From the NCBI GenBank assembly GCA_965208675.1, contig OZ242351.1, positions 1,152,001 through 1,216,000 of the forward strand: DNA of 64,000 nt, read 5' to 3'. The DNA comes from Candidatus Poribacteria bacterium. GTDB taxonomy: Bacteria; Poribacteria; WGA-4E; PCPOR2b. The translations under genes and the position numbers were made by a program. Positions 10,013 through 19,812 of the stretch are shown in pieces. The notes beneath the pieces were generated by a model, which was given only the letters and a program-made list of their open reading frames with translations, made no database searches and was not told where the DNA came from. Position 1 is the stretch's first letter. The number at the start of each line of letters is the position of its first letter.

Positions 10013-11491
10013 TCACCCATTACGTTCCGGGCGCATTTGCGGGAACAGAATGACATCGCGGATTGAACTCTGGTCAGTGAGCAGCATCGTGAGCCGATCT
10101 ATGCCAATACCGAGTCCTCCCGTCGGCGGCATGCCATATTCCAAGGCACGCAAATAATCTTCATCCATCATAAACGCTTCCTGCTCTCCCGCCTCCCACT
10201 TCTTGGCTTGCTCCATAAATCTTTCCCGCTGGTCAATGGGATTGTTCAATTCACTGAAAGCATTTCCAATTTCCATGCGGCCGATAAAGGGTTCAAACCG
10301 TTCGACCAAGTCGTCATTCCCTCGTTTTTTCTTTGCAAGCGGCGAGATTTCTATGGGATAATCGCAAACGAATGTCGGTTGGACAAGGTTGGGCTCGACC
10401 AACTTATCGAACAGCAGCGCGATTAGATGCCCCTTAGATTCCATGCCCTCTTGCTCGATACCGGCCTGTAATGCAATATCCGCCAACTGCTCGCCACTCA
10501 GATTCCCGACATCAATTCCAGTTTCATCCTCAATAGCCTCAATCATTGAGACTCGGCGCCAAGGAGGTGCAAGGGAGATGTTCTCGCCTTGATAAGTAAT
10601 TTCTGTAGTGTTGAGAACCGTTTCAGCGGTGTGAGCAACGAGGTTTTCCGTCAATTCCATCATATCCCCATAATCCGCATAGGCTTGATAAAGTTCAAGC
10701 ATCGTAAATTCGGGGTTGTGGTCGCGATCCATACCCTCATTCCGAAAATCTCTTGCAAATTCGTACACGCGTTCAAAGCCGCCAACGATTAACCGTTTGA
10801 GATATAGTTCGTTTGCAATGCGGAGATAGAACCGCGAATCTAATGCGTTGTGGTGCGTAACAAAGGGACGAGCAAAAGCACCGCCGTAAATTGGTTGGAG
10901 GATAGGCGTCTCTACTTCAATAAAATCTTGGCGATTGAGGAACTCGCGAATGGCTTGAATAATTTGCGTACGTTGAATAAAGACCTGTTTTACGTCGGGA
11001 TTTACGATTAGATCCGCATACCGCTGACGATACCGTGTCTCCTTGTCCTGAAGGCCGTGCCATTTCTCCGGAAGCGGACGAAGAGATTTTGCCAAAAGCG
11101 TAATTTCATTGACCATCACTGTAATTTCGTCGGTTCGAGTCCTAAAAACGAGTCCTTCTACACCAATGACATCTCCCACATCAAGTGATTTGTATACTGA
11201 ATACGCTTTTTCGCCTACCAAATCCTGTCGCACAAAAATCTGAATTCGGCCTGACATGTCCTGCACATGCGCGAATCCGCTCTTGCCGTGGTCGCGCTTC
11301 GTCATAATACGCCCGGCAATGCAAACAAGCTCAGATTCATCAGGTTGGTGCTCAATGTTGGCAAATTGTTGGTGAATTTCGCGGGTAGTAAAATTTGGCG
11401 AGTAGTTATATGGATATGGCTGAACGTCGAATTGAAAAATCTCTTCCAATTTTTCTCGGCGTTGACGCAACAATCCGCTAGAATCTTCCAA
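10013..11491 (-). CDS. lysS: Lysyl-tRNA synthetase (class II)
   Basis: LPEKWHGL, RYRQRY, HNPEFTMLE and GMPPTGGLGIGIDRL. Confidence 0.98.
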   Translation of the reverse strand: MEDSSGLLRQRREKLEEIFQFDVQPYPYNYSPNFTTREIHQQFANIEHQPDESELVCIAGRIMTKRDHGKSGFAHVQDMSGRIQIFVRQDLVGEKAYSVYKSLDVGDVIGVEGLVFRTRTDEITVMVNEITLLAKSLRPLPEKWHGLQDKETRYRQRYADLIVNPDVKQVFIQRTQIIQAIREFLNRQDFIEVETPILQPIYGGAFARPFVTHHNALDSRFYLRIANELYLKRLIVGGFERVYEFARDFRNEGMDRDHNPEFTMLELYQAYADYGDMMELTENLVAHTAETVLNTTEITYQGENISLAPPWRRVSMIEAIEDETGIDVGNLSGEQLADIALQAGIEQEGMESKGHLIALLFDKLVEPNLVQPTFVCDYPIEISPLAKKKRGNDDLVERFEPFIGRMEIGNAFSELNNPIDQRERFMEQAKKWEAGEQEAFMMDEDYLRALEYGMPPTGGLGIGIDRLTMLLTDQSSIRDVILFPQMRPERNG

Positions 11492-11530
11492 TGGTGATTC
11501 CTTCCGGAACTGGCTACCTAAACAGCCTGT

Positions 11531-11559
11531 AGTATAGCACGCCTCTAGCTTTTCGGCAA
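11531..11559 (-). promoter_or_regulatory. Sigma70-like promoter for lysS
   Basis: TTGCCG-N17-TATACT on the minus strand. Confidence 0.55.
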
Positions 11560-11592
11560 CAAAAAAAAGTGAAACCTGAGAGGCAATACGAG

Positions 11593-12694
11593 TTAAGTTT
11601 GGCTTCTCTTTTTCAAGTAACTTTCGATAAAAATCTCTAAATTGCCATCCATGACTGCGTCAATGTTTCCCGTTTCAACATTAGTCCGTAAATCTTTTAC
11701 TAACCGATAGGGATGAAACACATAGGATCGGATTTGATTGCCAAAATTGATATCCGGGCGTTCCCCCTGCAGCTTTGTAATCTCTTCGCGGCGGCGCATC
11801 TGATAATGTTCGTAGACCCGTGAACGTAATACTTTCATTGCAAGTTCCCGGTTCTTATGTTGCGACCGCTCATTCTGGCATTGAGCGACGATTCCTGTTG
11901 GAATGTGAGTCATTCGGACTGCAGAATCTGTTCGGTTCACATGCTGTCCGCCGGCGCCGCTTGATCGATAAGTATCAATTCTCAGATCAGCGGGTTGGAT
12001 GTCAATGTCAACAGTCTCGCCGATTTCAGGGGAAACGGCAACCGCAGCGAAGGAAGTGTGGCGGCGGTGATTAAAATCGAATGGCGAAAGACGGACAAGT
12101 CGATGTACGCCGACTTCAGCACTGAGGTAACCGTAGGCATACTCGCCTGAGACCAAAACGGTCGCACTCTTGATTCCCGCTTCCTCACCGGGCATCAGTT
12201 CAATAGTTTCGGTTTGGTAGCCGCGTCGTTCGCACCAACGCGTATACATTCGCAAGAGCATGAACGCCCAGTCCTGGGATTCTGTGCCGCCTGCTCCGGG
12301 GTGAATCGTCAAGATGGCATTACTTAAGTCATGCTTTCCATTAAGCAGGAGCATTGTTTCTACCTGCTCAATCTGCTCCTCAATGCCTTCTAGGTTTTTA
12401 CTAATTTCTCCACTGACACTCTCATCGTTTTCTTCAATTGCCAGTTCAAGTAGAATTTGAATATCTTCTAGCTGGGAGTGGAGTTTCCCATATTGTCCAA
12501 TTTCTTCCTGTAAATTTGCGAGCCGCTGCGTGACTTTTTGGGCGTGTTGAGAGTTGTTCCAGAAATCCGGCTTTGACGCCTCGCTTTGAAGTGCGTCTAT
12601 CTCTTCCGCTTTACTCGCAATGTCAAAGACACCCCCTGAGGTCAAGGAGTCGATTAGAGACCGCTTGGACGTTGAGTTTCAAATCAGCTAGCAT
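11593..12694 (-). CDS. prfB: Peptide chain release factor 2 with programmed +1 frameshift
   Basis: SPF and GGQ motifs. The upstream frame MLADLKLNVQAVSNRLLDLRGCL from ATG 12694 ends at CTT TGA C (12628-12622), preceded by internal SD AGGGGG. Confidence 0.97.
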
Positions 12695-12762
12695 ACTTTC
12701 TTCCTTTCAATTTTGCGGTTTACATTGAATCATTTTAGATTCAGGTTCAAGTGCATTCGTGT

Positions 12763-14316
12763 CTACTGTTGCTTTATCTGTTTGCGAAAGGGGATGAATT
12801 TGAAGGCGGTTCCGGCAGCACGAGTGTAGAGCAACAAAACAGTGCAAACGACCGTGCAGATGATTGGCAACCAATCCCCAAAGCGTGTATAGAAGGTGCG
12901 CTGCTGTTCGTTTATGGGGACCTGCGCTATCAAAAAATCCTGGTCGTCCTTGGGAAAAATCGGCTTGGATATTACGTTGCCGTGCGAGTCAATTATACAT
13001 GAAATACCGCCATTCGCGCAACGGAAAACTGGGACGCGGTTCTCGACTGCACGAAGCGGGGCAACTGAGAAATGTTGATGGGGCGCTGCCGTCCCCTCAA
13101 ACCATGCATCATTGGTGAGAATACCCATCACTGTTGCTCCCTTTTTAACAAACTTTCGAAAATGGTTTGGAAACACGGATTCGAAACAGATGGAAATTCC
13201 CATTCGAGCGTCTTCAGTAAATGGAATAGGAAAGATTCCAACCGACTTGCCCGGTTCATAAGGTTTAAACTGGATGAAATTCGGAAGGTAGCGCCCAAGC
13301 GGGACATATTCGCCGAAAGGCACAAGATGCATCTTGGAATAACTGCCGATTTCCTCGCCGTTTGGGGCTAGCAGAAACACCCGATTATAGACCTTAGAGT
13401 CGGGGCTATAGTGCGGCGCCCCAATGAGTAAATTAATCTGTCCATCAGACAATTTCTGCTTCAATTTTTCCCGGTAGGCATTTGGCGCGGAAAAAATTGC
13501 GCCGGGGATAGCAGTCTCAGGTAATACAATGAGATCGGGCCGGGGAGCATTGGCTTTTTCAATCAGATTTACGTACTTATTAAAAATCTTGTTCAAGTTT
13601 TTCCTTTGCCATTTCTCTTCCTGCGGCACGTTGCCGGGGACAAGTGCTATATTTATCGTCGAGGCGGCCTTACGTGGAATGGACATTGAAAATACACCGT
13701 AAATGAGCGAAGCGATAACAACTATGAGCGGCAATGCCGCCGCCTTGAGATGCCTCCGCCAGAATGGACGCGCACATATTAGATTCGCGATCGCGGCATT
13801 GAGGAGTACAATGATGAAGCTGACGCCATGCACACCCGTAATAGATGCAATTTGGATTGCGTACGGGTTGTTCCATTGGCTATATCCCATGCTTCCCCAA
13901 GGAAACCCGGTAAGCATCCAGCTGCGAACCCATTCCAACGCTGTCCAAATCACCGGAACAATGAACATATACCGCAAATTGGATTTCCAGGGAAACCGAA
14001 ACAAGATGGCAGCAAAAATAGCTGGGTAGAGGGAAAGATAAGCAACCAGTGCGGCACATCCTAAAGATGTCACAAAGATGTTCGCAAAGGGATAGAGCAG
14101 TACTATCCAATAGGTCATGCCGAAGAAAAATATGGCTCCGGCAACGTATCCACACCAAAATGCTGTCTTCCAACTCGATGCCGAATTCAAGCTCACCAGA
14201 AGCGGGATAAGCCCCACCCACGCGAGAGGAAACAGATTAAAGTTCGGTTGGCTGAAAATTAGCAAAAGGCCGGATAGGCCTGCGAGGACGAAATTCTGAT
14301 AACGTCTCATGCTCAA
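12763..14316 (-). CDS. lnt: Apolipoprotein N-acyltransferase
   Basis: TGFPW, LPETA, KMHLVPFGEY, ICFES and TNDAWF. Confidence 0.96.
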   Translation of the reverse strand: MSMRRYQNFVLAGLSGLLLIFSQPNFNLFPLAWVGLIPLLVSLNSASSWKTAFWCGYVAGAIFFFGMTYWIVLLYPFANIFVTSLGCAALVAYLSLYPAIFAAILFRFPWKSNLRYMFIVPVIWTALEWVRSWMLTGFPWGSMGYSQWNNPYAIQIASITGVHGVSFIIVLLNAAIANLICARPFWRRHLKAAALPLIVVIASLIYGVFSMSIPRKAASTINIALVPGNVPQEEKWQRKNLNKIFNKYVNLIEKANAPRPDLIVLPETAIPGAIFSAPNAYREKLKQKLSDGQINLLIGAPHYSPDSKVYNRVFLLAPNGEEIGSYSKMHLVPFGEYVPLGRYLPNFIQFKPYEPGKSVGIFPIPFTEDARMGISICFESVFPNHFRKFVKKGATVMGILTNDAWFEGTAAPHQHFSVAPLRAVENRVPVFRCANGGISCIIDSHGNVISKPIFPKDDQDFLIAQVPINEQQRTFYTRFGDWLPIICTVVCTVLLLYTRAAGTAFKFIPFRKQIKQQ

Positions 14317-14679
14317 AATAAAAAGTCAAATACGAGTCCTTTATCCCATGCCGCAAACTACTCATCTCAGAGTCAGAGCAAATAGATGCATCCGAATTAA
14401 TGACGAAAACTTCAAAACGCGATGAATCTCAATTACCCACCGCAATACAGAGAACTTGCATTCGCCCCCGCTTGATGTGTAATTCGACCTGGTAAGCTAA
14501 ACTCAGAAAATAGCATGAATGGCGATGCAAGCCAAATGATTGAAATTGGAATAAGAATCTTTGGAGTAGATACAGCGGGGAAAAGGCCGTGCCAAACGGC
14601 AAAAATCTGCTCAAAATCGGAATGCGGGCGAATCCGTGAATCTCAGTGACATCTCGCATGGGAATGCTGGTCAAATCTG

Positions 14680-15783
14680 TCACCGAAGCTTAAGCGTGCT
14701 TAATGCCATTAGCATCAGTATGAATGCAATTATCCAAAATCGAATGACGATTTTCGATTCCTTCCAACCGATTTGTTCAAAATGGTGGTGCAAAGGAGAC
14801 ATCTTGAACACGCGTTTCTTCCGTGTTCGATACGACCAGACTTGGATTATAACGGAGAGTACTTCTGCAACAAAGATACCGCCGACAAGTATAAGCAGAA
14901 TTTCGGCCTTTGCTAGAATGGCGACCGTTCCCAACGCGGCGCCGAGTGCCAATGAGCCTGTATCTCCCATAATAACCTGAGCTGGATGGCAATTGTACCA
15001 CAAGAACCCCAAGCCAGCCCCGATGAGCGCGGCGCAGAAGATAGCAACTGCCTCACCGCTTGCTGGCAGGTGTGCAATGTCCAAATAACCCGCCATCTGT
15101 TGGTGAGTCGTCAAATAACCCAAGGCGCCGAACGTTGCCGCGACAAACAGTGTACAACCGATCGCCAGTCCATCAAGCCCATCTGTCAAGTTAACGGCGT
15201 TGGAAGTTCCCACAATTACGATTGTGGCGAATGGAATAAACAAGAATCCTAGGTTGGGACGAAGCTGTTTGAAAAATGGGATGATAATTGATGTTTTGGT
15301 TGTCAAATCGTCCTTTGGGGCGGGCCCCCAATGGTAAAGAAAATAAGCGATAGCTAAAGCGCCAATCGTTTGAAGGAAAATTTTATGCCAGCCCCGCAAA
15401 CCAAGCGATTGTTGTTTCGTGATTTTCAGATAATCATCAAGAAAACCGATGCCGCCAAACCATAGTAAACTTAAAGCTAGCAGAAAGATATAAGGTTGAT
15501 CCAACCGCGCCCACAGAAGAGTTGAAATTAACACGGACGAGATAATTAACACACCGCCCATTGTCGGCGTACCAGCCTTAATTACGTGGCTTCGGGGGCC
15601 ATCCTCCTGGATGTACTGGCCAATCTTCAATTGGCGAAGATGTCGAATGACGAGCGGTCCAAAGACCAGAGCAATCAACAACGCCGTTACCGTCGCATAG
15701 ATTGCCCGAAAGCTAATATACCGGAAAACGTTAAACGGCGAAAAAACGTCTGTTAATAGTTCAAAAAATAGGTAGTAAAACAT
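14680..15783 (-). CDS. mraY: Phospho-N-acetylmuramoyl-pentapeptide transferase
   Basis: KAGTPTMGG, NAVNLTDGLDGL, MGDTGSL and PLHHHFE. Confidence 0.98.
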   Translation of the reverse strand: MFYYLFFELLTDVFSPFNVFRYISFRAIYATVTALLIALVFGPLVIRHLRQLKIGQYIQEDGPRSHVIKAGTPTMGGVLIISSVLISTLLWARLDQPYIFLLALSLLWFGGIGFLDDYLKITKQQSLGLRGWHKIFLQTIGALAIAYFLYHWGPAPKDDLTTKTSIIIPFFKQLRPNLGFLFIPFATIVIVGTSNAVNLTDGLDGLAIGCTLFVAATFGALGYLTTHQQMAGYLDIAHLPASGEAVAIFCAALIGAGLGFLWYNCHPAQVIMGDTGSLALGAALGTVAILAKAEILLILVGGIFVAEVLSVIIQVWSYRTRKKRVFKMSPLHHHFEQIGWKESKIVIRFWIIAFILMLMALSTLKLR

Positions 15784-15832
15784 CGTAAAAAAATTGGGAG
15801 ATTGAGATTTGATGGTACGTTTAATCGGACGC

Positions 15833-17026
15833 CTAATTTTTCACGCCAGCGCCCGATTTAGTTTTGCCTGATTTGAGATTCAGCCGACTCAGAAGATTAG
15901 CACCGTAAGAATACGCAACGCTGTTTTTCTCTGCATTCACTTCAAGAGCAAGTTCAATCAGGTTGTCAACTAACAGCGGGAAATCGACATTTTCGCGTTC
16001 CCACAAGTAAAAACTAAATGAGCCGGGAATAGTATTGATTTCATTTACAAAGGGTATCTCGCCCTTTCCAACCAGGAAGTCAACCCGAGCGATGCCCTTG
16101 CAGTCGAGAACTTCGAAGGTGCGCTTGGCCAAATCTTGGATTTTGGAAGTTAGCTCGGGCGAAATTGGCGCAGGGATCGTTCTGTCAGCACCCGCCATGC
16201 CAGATATTTTACTTTCATCGTGAACGTACTTATCGTCAAAACTCAGGAATTCACCGGAAGACACCGGTTGTTCACATACGGACGCAGTTAAATCGTAGTT
16301 ACCCATTACCGAGCAATTAATTTCGATTGCGTCCGCTAATCCCTCTTCTACAATTACACGCATGTCGTATTGGCACGCGAGATCAAGAGCCGACTTAAGA
16401 TCGCCCTGATTTTGAACTTGGCTAACTCCGATACTGGAACCGGAGTTTGCAGGTTTAACGAAAACAGGATAATTCAGGTTATGTTCAACCTTCTTTGCGG
16501 CGCTTTCCGGATTAGCTTCCAACATTTTCTTTGTGAACCACAAGTACGGTACAACAGGGAGGTTTTCCTCGCTAAGGACGGCCTTCATTGCGATTTTGTC
16601 CATTCCCACTGCCGATCCAAGAACCCCTGCCCCAACGTAGGGTATATTCATGAGTTCCAGTAATCCCGGCAGCGTTCCATCCTCACCGTGTGCCCCATGG
16701 ATTACCGGAAAAACGACATCTATCGGCAGGTTCTTATTTCTGTGAAATCGCCCAAATCCACGTTTGCACACCCGAAATTGCGGTTTTTGCCCGAACTCAA
16801 TGATTACTTTGTCGGAGTTGGCGTCATTCGGAAGGCTCCCGCGCGTAAAAGTGTCCAATTCAAGAAAATTATTGCTGGTTAACCACTCACCGGTTTTCGT
16901 AATGTAGATGGGTGTCACCCGGTATCTTCCATTTAGAGCAGCAAGAACCTGATGAGCCGTTATGATGGACACTTCGTGCTCCGGCGAACGGCCGCCGAAA
17001 ATTATGGCGACATTTTTTTTCCGCAT
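15833..17026 (-). CDS. ddl: D-alanine--D-alanine ligase
   Basis: FGGRSPEHEVSI, HGAHGEDG, GSSIGVS, FDDKY and EINTIPGS; start reassigned to 17026. Confidence 0.93.
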   Translation of the reverse strand: MRKKNVAIIFGGRSPEHEVSIITAHQVLAALNGRYRVTPIYITKTGEWLTSNNFLELDTFTRGSLPNDANSDKVIIEFGQKPQFRVCKRGFGRFHRNKNLPIDVVFPVIHGAHGEDGTLPGLLELMNIPYVGAGVLGSAVGMDKIAMKAVLSEENLPVVPYLWFTKKMLEANPESAAKKVEHNLNYPVFVKPANSGSSIGVSQVQNQGDLKSALDLACQYDMRVIVEEGLADAIEINCSVMGNYDLTASVCEQPVSSGEFLSFDDKYVHDESKISGMAGADRTIPAPISPELTSKIQDLAKRTFEVLDCKGIARVDFLVGKGEIPFVNEINTIPGSFSFYLWERENVDFPLLVDNLIELALEVNAEKNSVAYSYGANLLSRLNLKSGKTKSGAGVKN

Positions 17027-17167
17027 GCCCTTAATGAATTCCTTTCTTGGCTCGAAATGCTGCGCCTTGGCTTTGGCGGCGTTGACACTTTGGCGTTGTC
17101 GTGAATTTACGCTCAACTATCACAAAACCCGGTCCACTGATGATGTGTTCAGTGTTACCTAAATTGT

Positions 17168-18841
17168 TCAAACTCCCTCGCTGTAGCTGTCTGGAAGGTC
17201 ATTTTCAAATAATACTACATCGCCGGATTTTAAGATTTTCCTCAAGGATTCCGACGCCCGCGGCAGGCTTTCAACTTGCAAAACCTTCTCTTTAGGATAC
17301 CCAGCAGTTTCTAACCCTTCCAAGATCGGCTTGGTTTGCGTGGGGCCCACCAAGATAACGAAATCACATACGTTGGCGGCTTTAACGCCGAAAGCTCTGT
17401 TTTCATCGAATTCCATGTTACCTAGCTCTACCATGCCCGGTGTAACGAGGATTTTTCTGCCGTCACTAAACCCTTCCAAAACCTCGAGCGCCGCTTTAGC
17501 CCCCACCGGATTAGCATTGAACCCATCGTCAATAACGGTTACGCCGCCAGCGCCCTCAATTAACTGCAATCTGTGCGGAATGGGTTCGAGGGTGCTTATC
17601 GCTTGGCTAACTTCATCCAACGTCAACCCGCATTCTAAAGCAACCGTAGCGGCAGCCAAAATATTATAAACGTTATTTCGCCCAAGCAGCTTGGTTACTA
17701 CCTTACACGTTTCGCCCGAAGGTTTTTCGATAATGAAGGAAAGTCCGCTTCGAGTATTTTCAATTTCACGCGCCGTCAATCCGACCTTTTCATCTAGTCT
17801 ATCCACTGCATACCTGGCGACTTTGATGGTGGTTTTATCCGCAAGTTCCGAACAGATTTCATTATCATCATTGAAAACCGCAGTTCCATCTTCAGGCAAT
17901 GACTCAATCAGCTCATATTTTGTGTGTGCAATGTTTTCTATGTTTTTGAACCGTTCCAAATGCTGCGCGCCAACTGCGGTAAGTATTCCGATTTCAGGGT
18001 GTACTAACCGGCACAATTCCGCAATATCACCCCTTTTATACGCTCCCATTTCTACAATAAATACCTCGTGATCCGCTTCAAGTTGACCCCTTATCACTTT
18101 ACAAATCCCCATAGGAGTGTTGTAACTGTCCGGCGTCATTAAAACGTTGAATTTTTGCGAGAGCATCGAGTTTAGAATGTACTTTGTGCTTGTTTTGCCA
18201 TAACTGCCCGTGATTCCGATGACCGTCGGTTGGAGATTTTTCATCTTTTTGCGGGCGGACCGAAGGTAACTACGGTTAATAGTTCGCTCTAAGGGATGGA
18301 TAAGGAGATTGGCTGCGGTCAGATTGATAGCGGCGAGCTGATTCAAAAAAAATGTGAATATGAGTAATATCGTAAATTCCGGGTAAAGTTGAGGTGACGA
18401 TAGCCGCCAGAGGAATAATCCTCCGCTTAACCACAAAAATGACATGGCTGCGGCGGCGAGAAGTATAATAGCTAGTCCAAAGACCCGTCTCGCTCTCGCT
18501 GTGTAAACCAGAGGCTTCTTCGCTTTGAATCTATTCTCCTTTACAGTAAAGTATGCTTCGCTTGCAATCCAACACAAGATTAAAAAAGGCAAAAATGACG
18601 TCTTTATGCCGAAGGGAATGAGGATTAGCGTTAGAAAGATAAGACAGCCAATAACTACAGTCTCTCGGACATCAATCAACCGTTTCGGGTGTTTTCCTAA
18701 CCAACCCAAAAACCGTCCGCTTTTATATCCTTCTAATTGGAGTATATGGAGCGCACGCACCGTTCGAACGACGACCCTCGCCAGCCAAACTATTATTGCC
18801 GGAATTACAAGCAGTGCAGAATAGTTGATAAAATCAGACAT
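17168..18841 (-). CDS. murF: MurF ligase with N-terminal transmembrane extension
   Basis: GITGSYGKTSTK, SYNTPMG, EMGA, HLE and DDGFNANP; the first ~190 aa are hydrophobic TM segments. Confidence 0.88.
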   Translation of the reverse strand: MSDFINYSALLVIPAIIVWLARVVVRTVRALHILQLEGYKSGRFLGWLGKHPKRLIDVRETVVIGCLIFLTLILIPFGIKTSFLPFLILCWIASEAYFTVKENRFKAKKPLVYTARARRVFGLAIILLAAAAMSFLWLSGGLFLWRLSSPQLYPEFTILLIFTFFLNQLAAINLTAANLLIHPLERTINRSYLRSARKKMKNLQPTVIGITGSYGKTSTKYILNSMLSQKFNVLMTPDSYNTPMGICKVIRGQLEADHEVFIVEMGAYKRGDIAELCRLVHPEIGILTAVGAQHLERFKNIENIAHTKYELIESLPEDGTAVFNDDNEICSELADKTTIKVARYAVDRLDEKVGLTAREIENTRSGLSFIIEKPSGETCKVVTKLLGRNNVYNILAAATVALECGLTLDEVSQAISTLEPIPHRLQLIEGAGGVTVIDDGFNANPVGAKAALEVLEGFSDGRKILVTPGMVELGNMEFDENRAFGVKAANVCDFVILVGPTQTKPILEGLETAGYPKEKVLQVESLPRASESLRKILKSGDVVLFENDLPDSYSEGV

Positions 18842-18843
18842 GG

Positions 18844-19602
18844 CTATTTTCCCAAGAATCTTGAAACAATTCGGCAAAACTGCGGGAAATTATCTAGATA
18901 AGAAAAATGCCCCGCATTTTGCAGAATGACCAACCCTGCATCTTCTATTTCATTTTCCATTATTTTCGCATGTGAAATTGGCGTCGCCGTGTCTTTTTCT
19001 CCCCAGACAAGCAAAGTCGATGCTCTGATTTTGGGCAATAGCTGCTTTAAATCTTCATTGACGACTTTCACAAATGTCCCGCGCATTTCACCTGCATCTT
19101 GATAGTCCTTCGAGCCGACCAATCTAGAAATAGCGTTCCTGGCTCTTTCTCCGAAAGTTCCGAATAGCCGCGCTGAAAACAGCAATTTCCCCATCTTGGC
19201 AAGGGACACACGAACATGGTATTTGACCGTACGCCGCGGTTTTAATCCGGCGCTATCAACTAGGACTAGCTTATCCACCTTTTCTGGTTGCTTGGCGGCT
19301 AACACAATAGCAATCCGTCCACCGAAGGAATGTGCGATTATGTTCGCTTTAACGATTTGCAGCTTTTCGAAAAAACCTAAAATTAATCTCGCGTAGTCAT
19401 CAGCGCCCCACGGACAAGGCGGCAAATCGCTGTCGCCAAATCCGGGCAGATCCAACGCATACGTTTTATAGCCGTTGATGAGATAATCAAAGACAGGTTT
19501 GAAGCTTTCTGATTGGCCGCCCCATCCATGAAGCAGAACGACGGTTTCGCCCGTCCCTCCAACTTCGTAAAAAACTTTAAGCCCGTCAATCTTAACATTC
19601 AT
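18844..19602 (-). CDS. Alpha/beta hydrolase
   Basis: HGWG, AHSFGG nucleophile elbow, GEKDTATP and AGHFSY. Confidence 0.92.
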   Translation of the reverse strand: MNVKIDGLKVFYEVGGTGETVVLLHGWGGQSESFKPVFDYLINGYKTYALDLPGFGDSDLPPCPWGADDYARLILGFFEKLQIVKANIIAHSFGGRIAIVLAAKQPEKVDKLVLVDSAGLKPRRTVKYHVRVSLAKMGKLLFSARLFGTFGERARNAISRLVGSKDYQDAGEMRGTFVKVVNEDLKQLLPKIRASTLLVWGEKDTATPISHAKIMENEIEDAGLVILQNAGHFSYLDNFPQFCRIVSRFLGK

Positions 19603-19812
19603 CTTTACATTTAATTGTAACGTACTAATCTTGCAACGGGTTGCCGTAAATTTTAAGAATTTCTGCCCATCTTTCTGCCTTTATTGGATTACCCTAGTTC
19701 GGCAGCACCATCATCTTGCCAGTGGATAGGTATTCCAGCAGTGCGCGCACCAATCAGTTTAGTGAGATTTAACAGCTTCAACCCGCAAAGCCGGCAGATT
19801 CGGGCAGGTTTT

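Noticed and set aside
15833-17026. VanA-type D-Ala-D-Lac ligase
   Set aside because: The omega loop ends in KY, no vanH/vanX/vanRS genes are nearby, and the gene sits in the core dcw cluster
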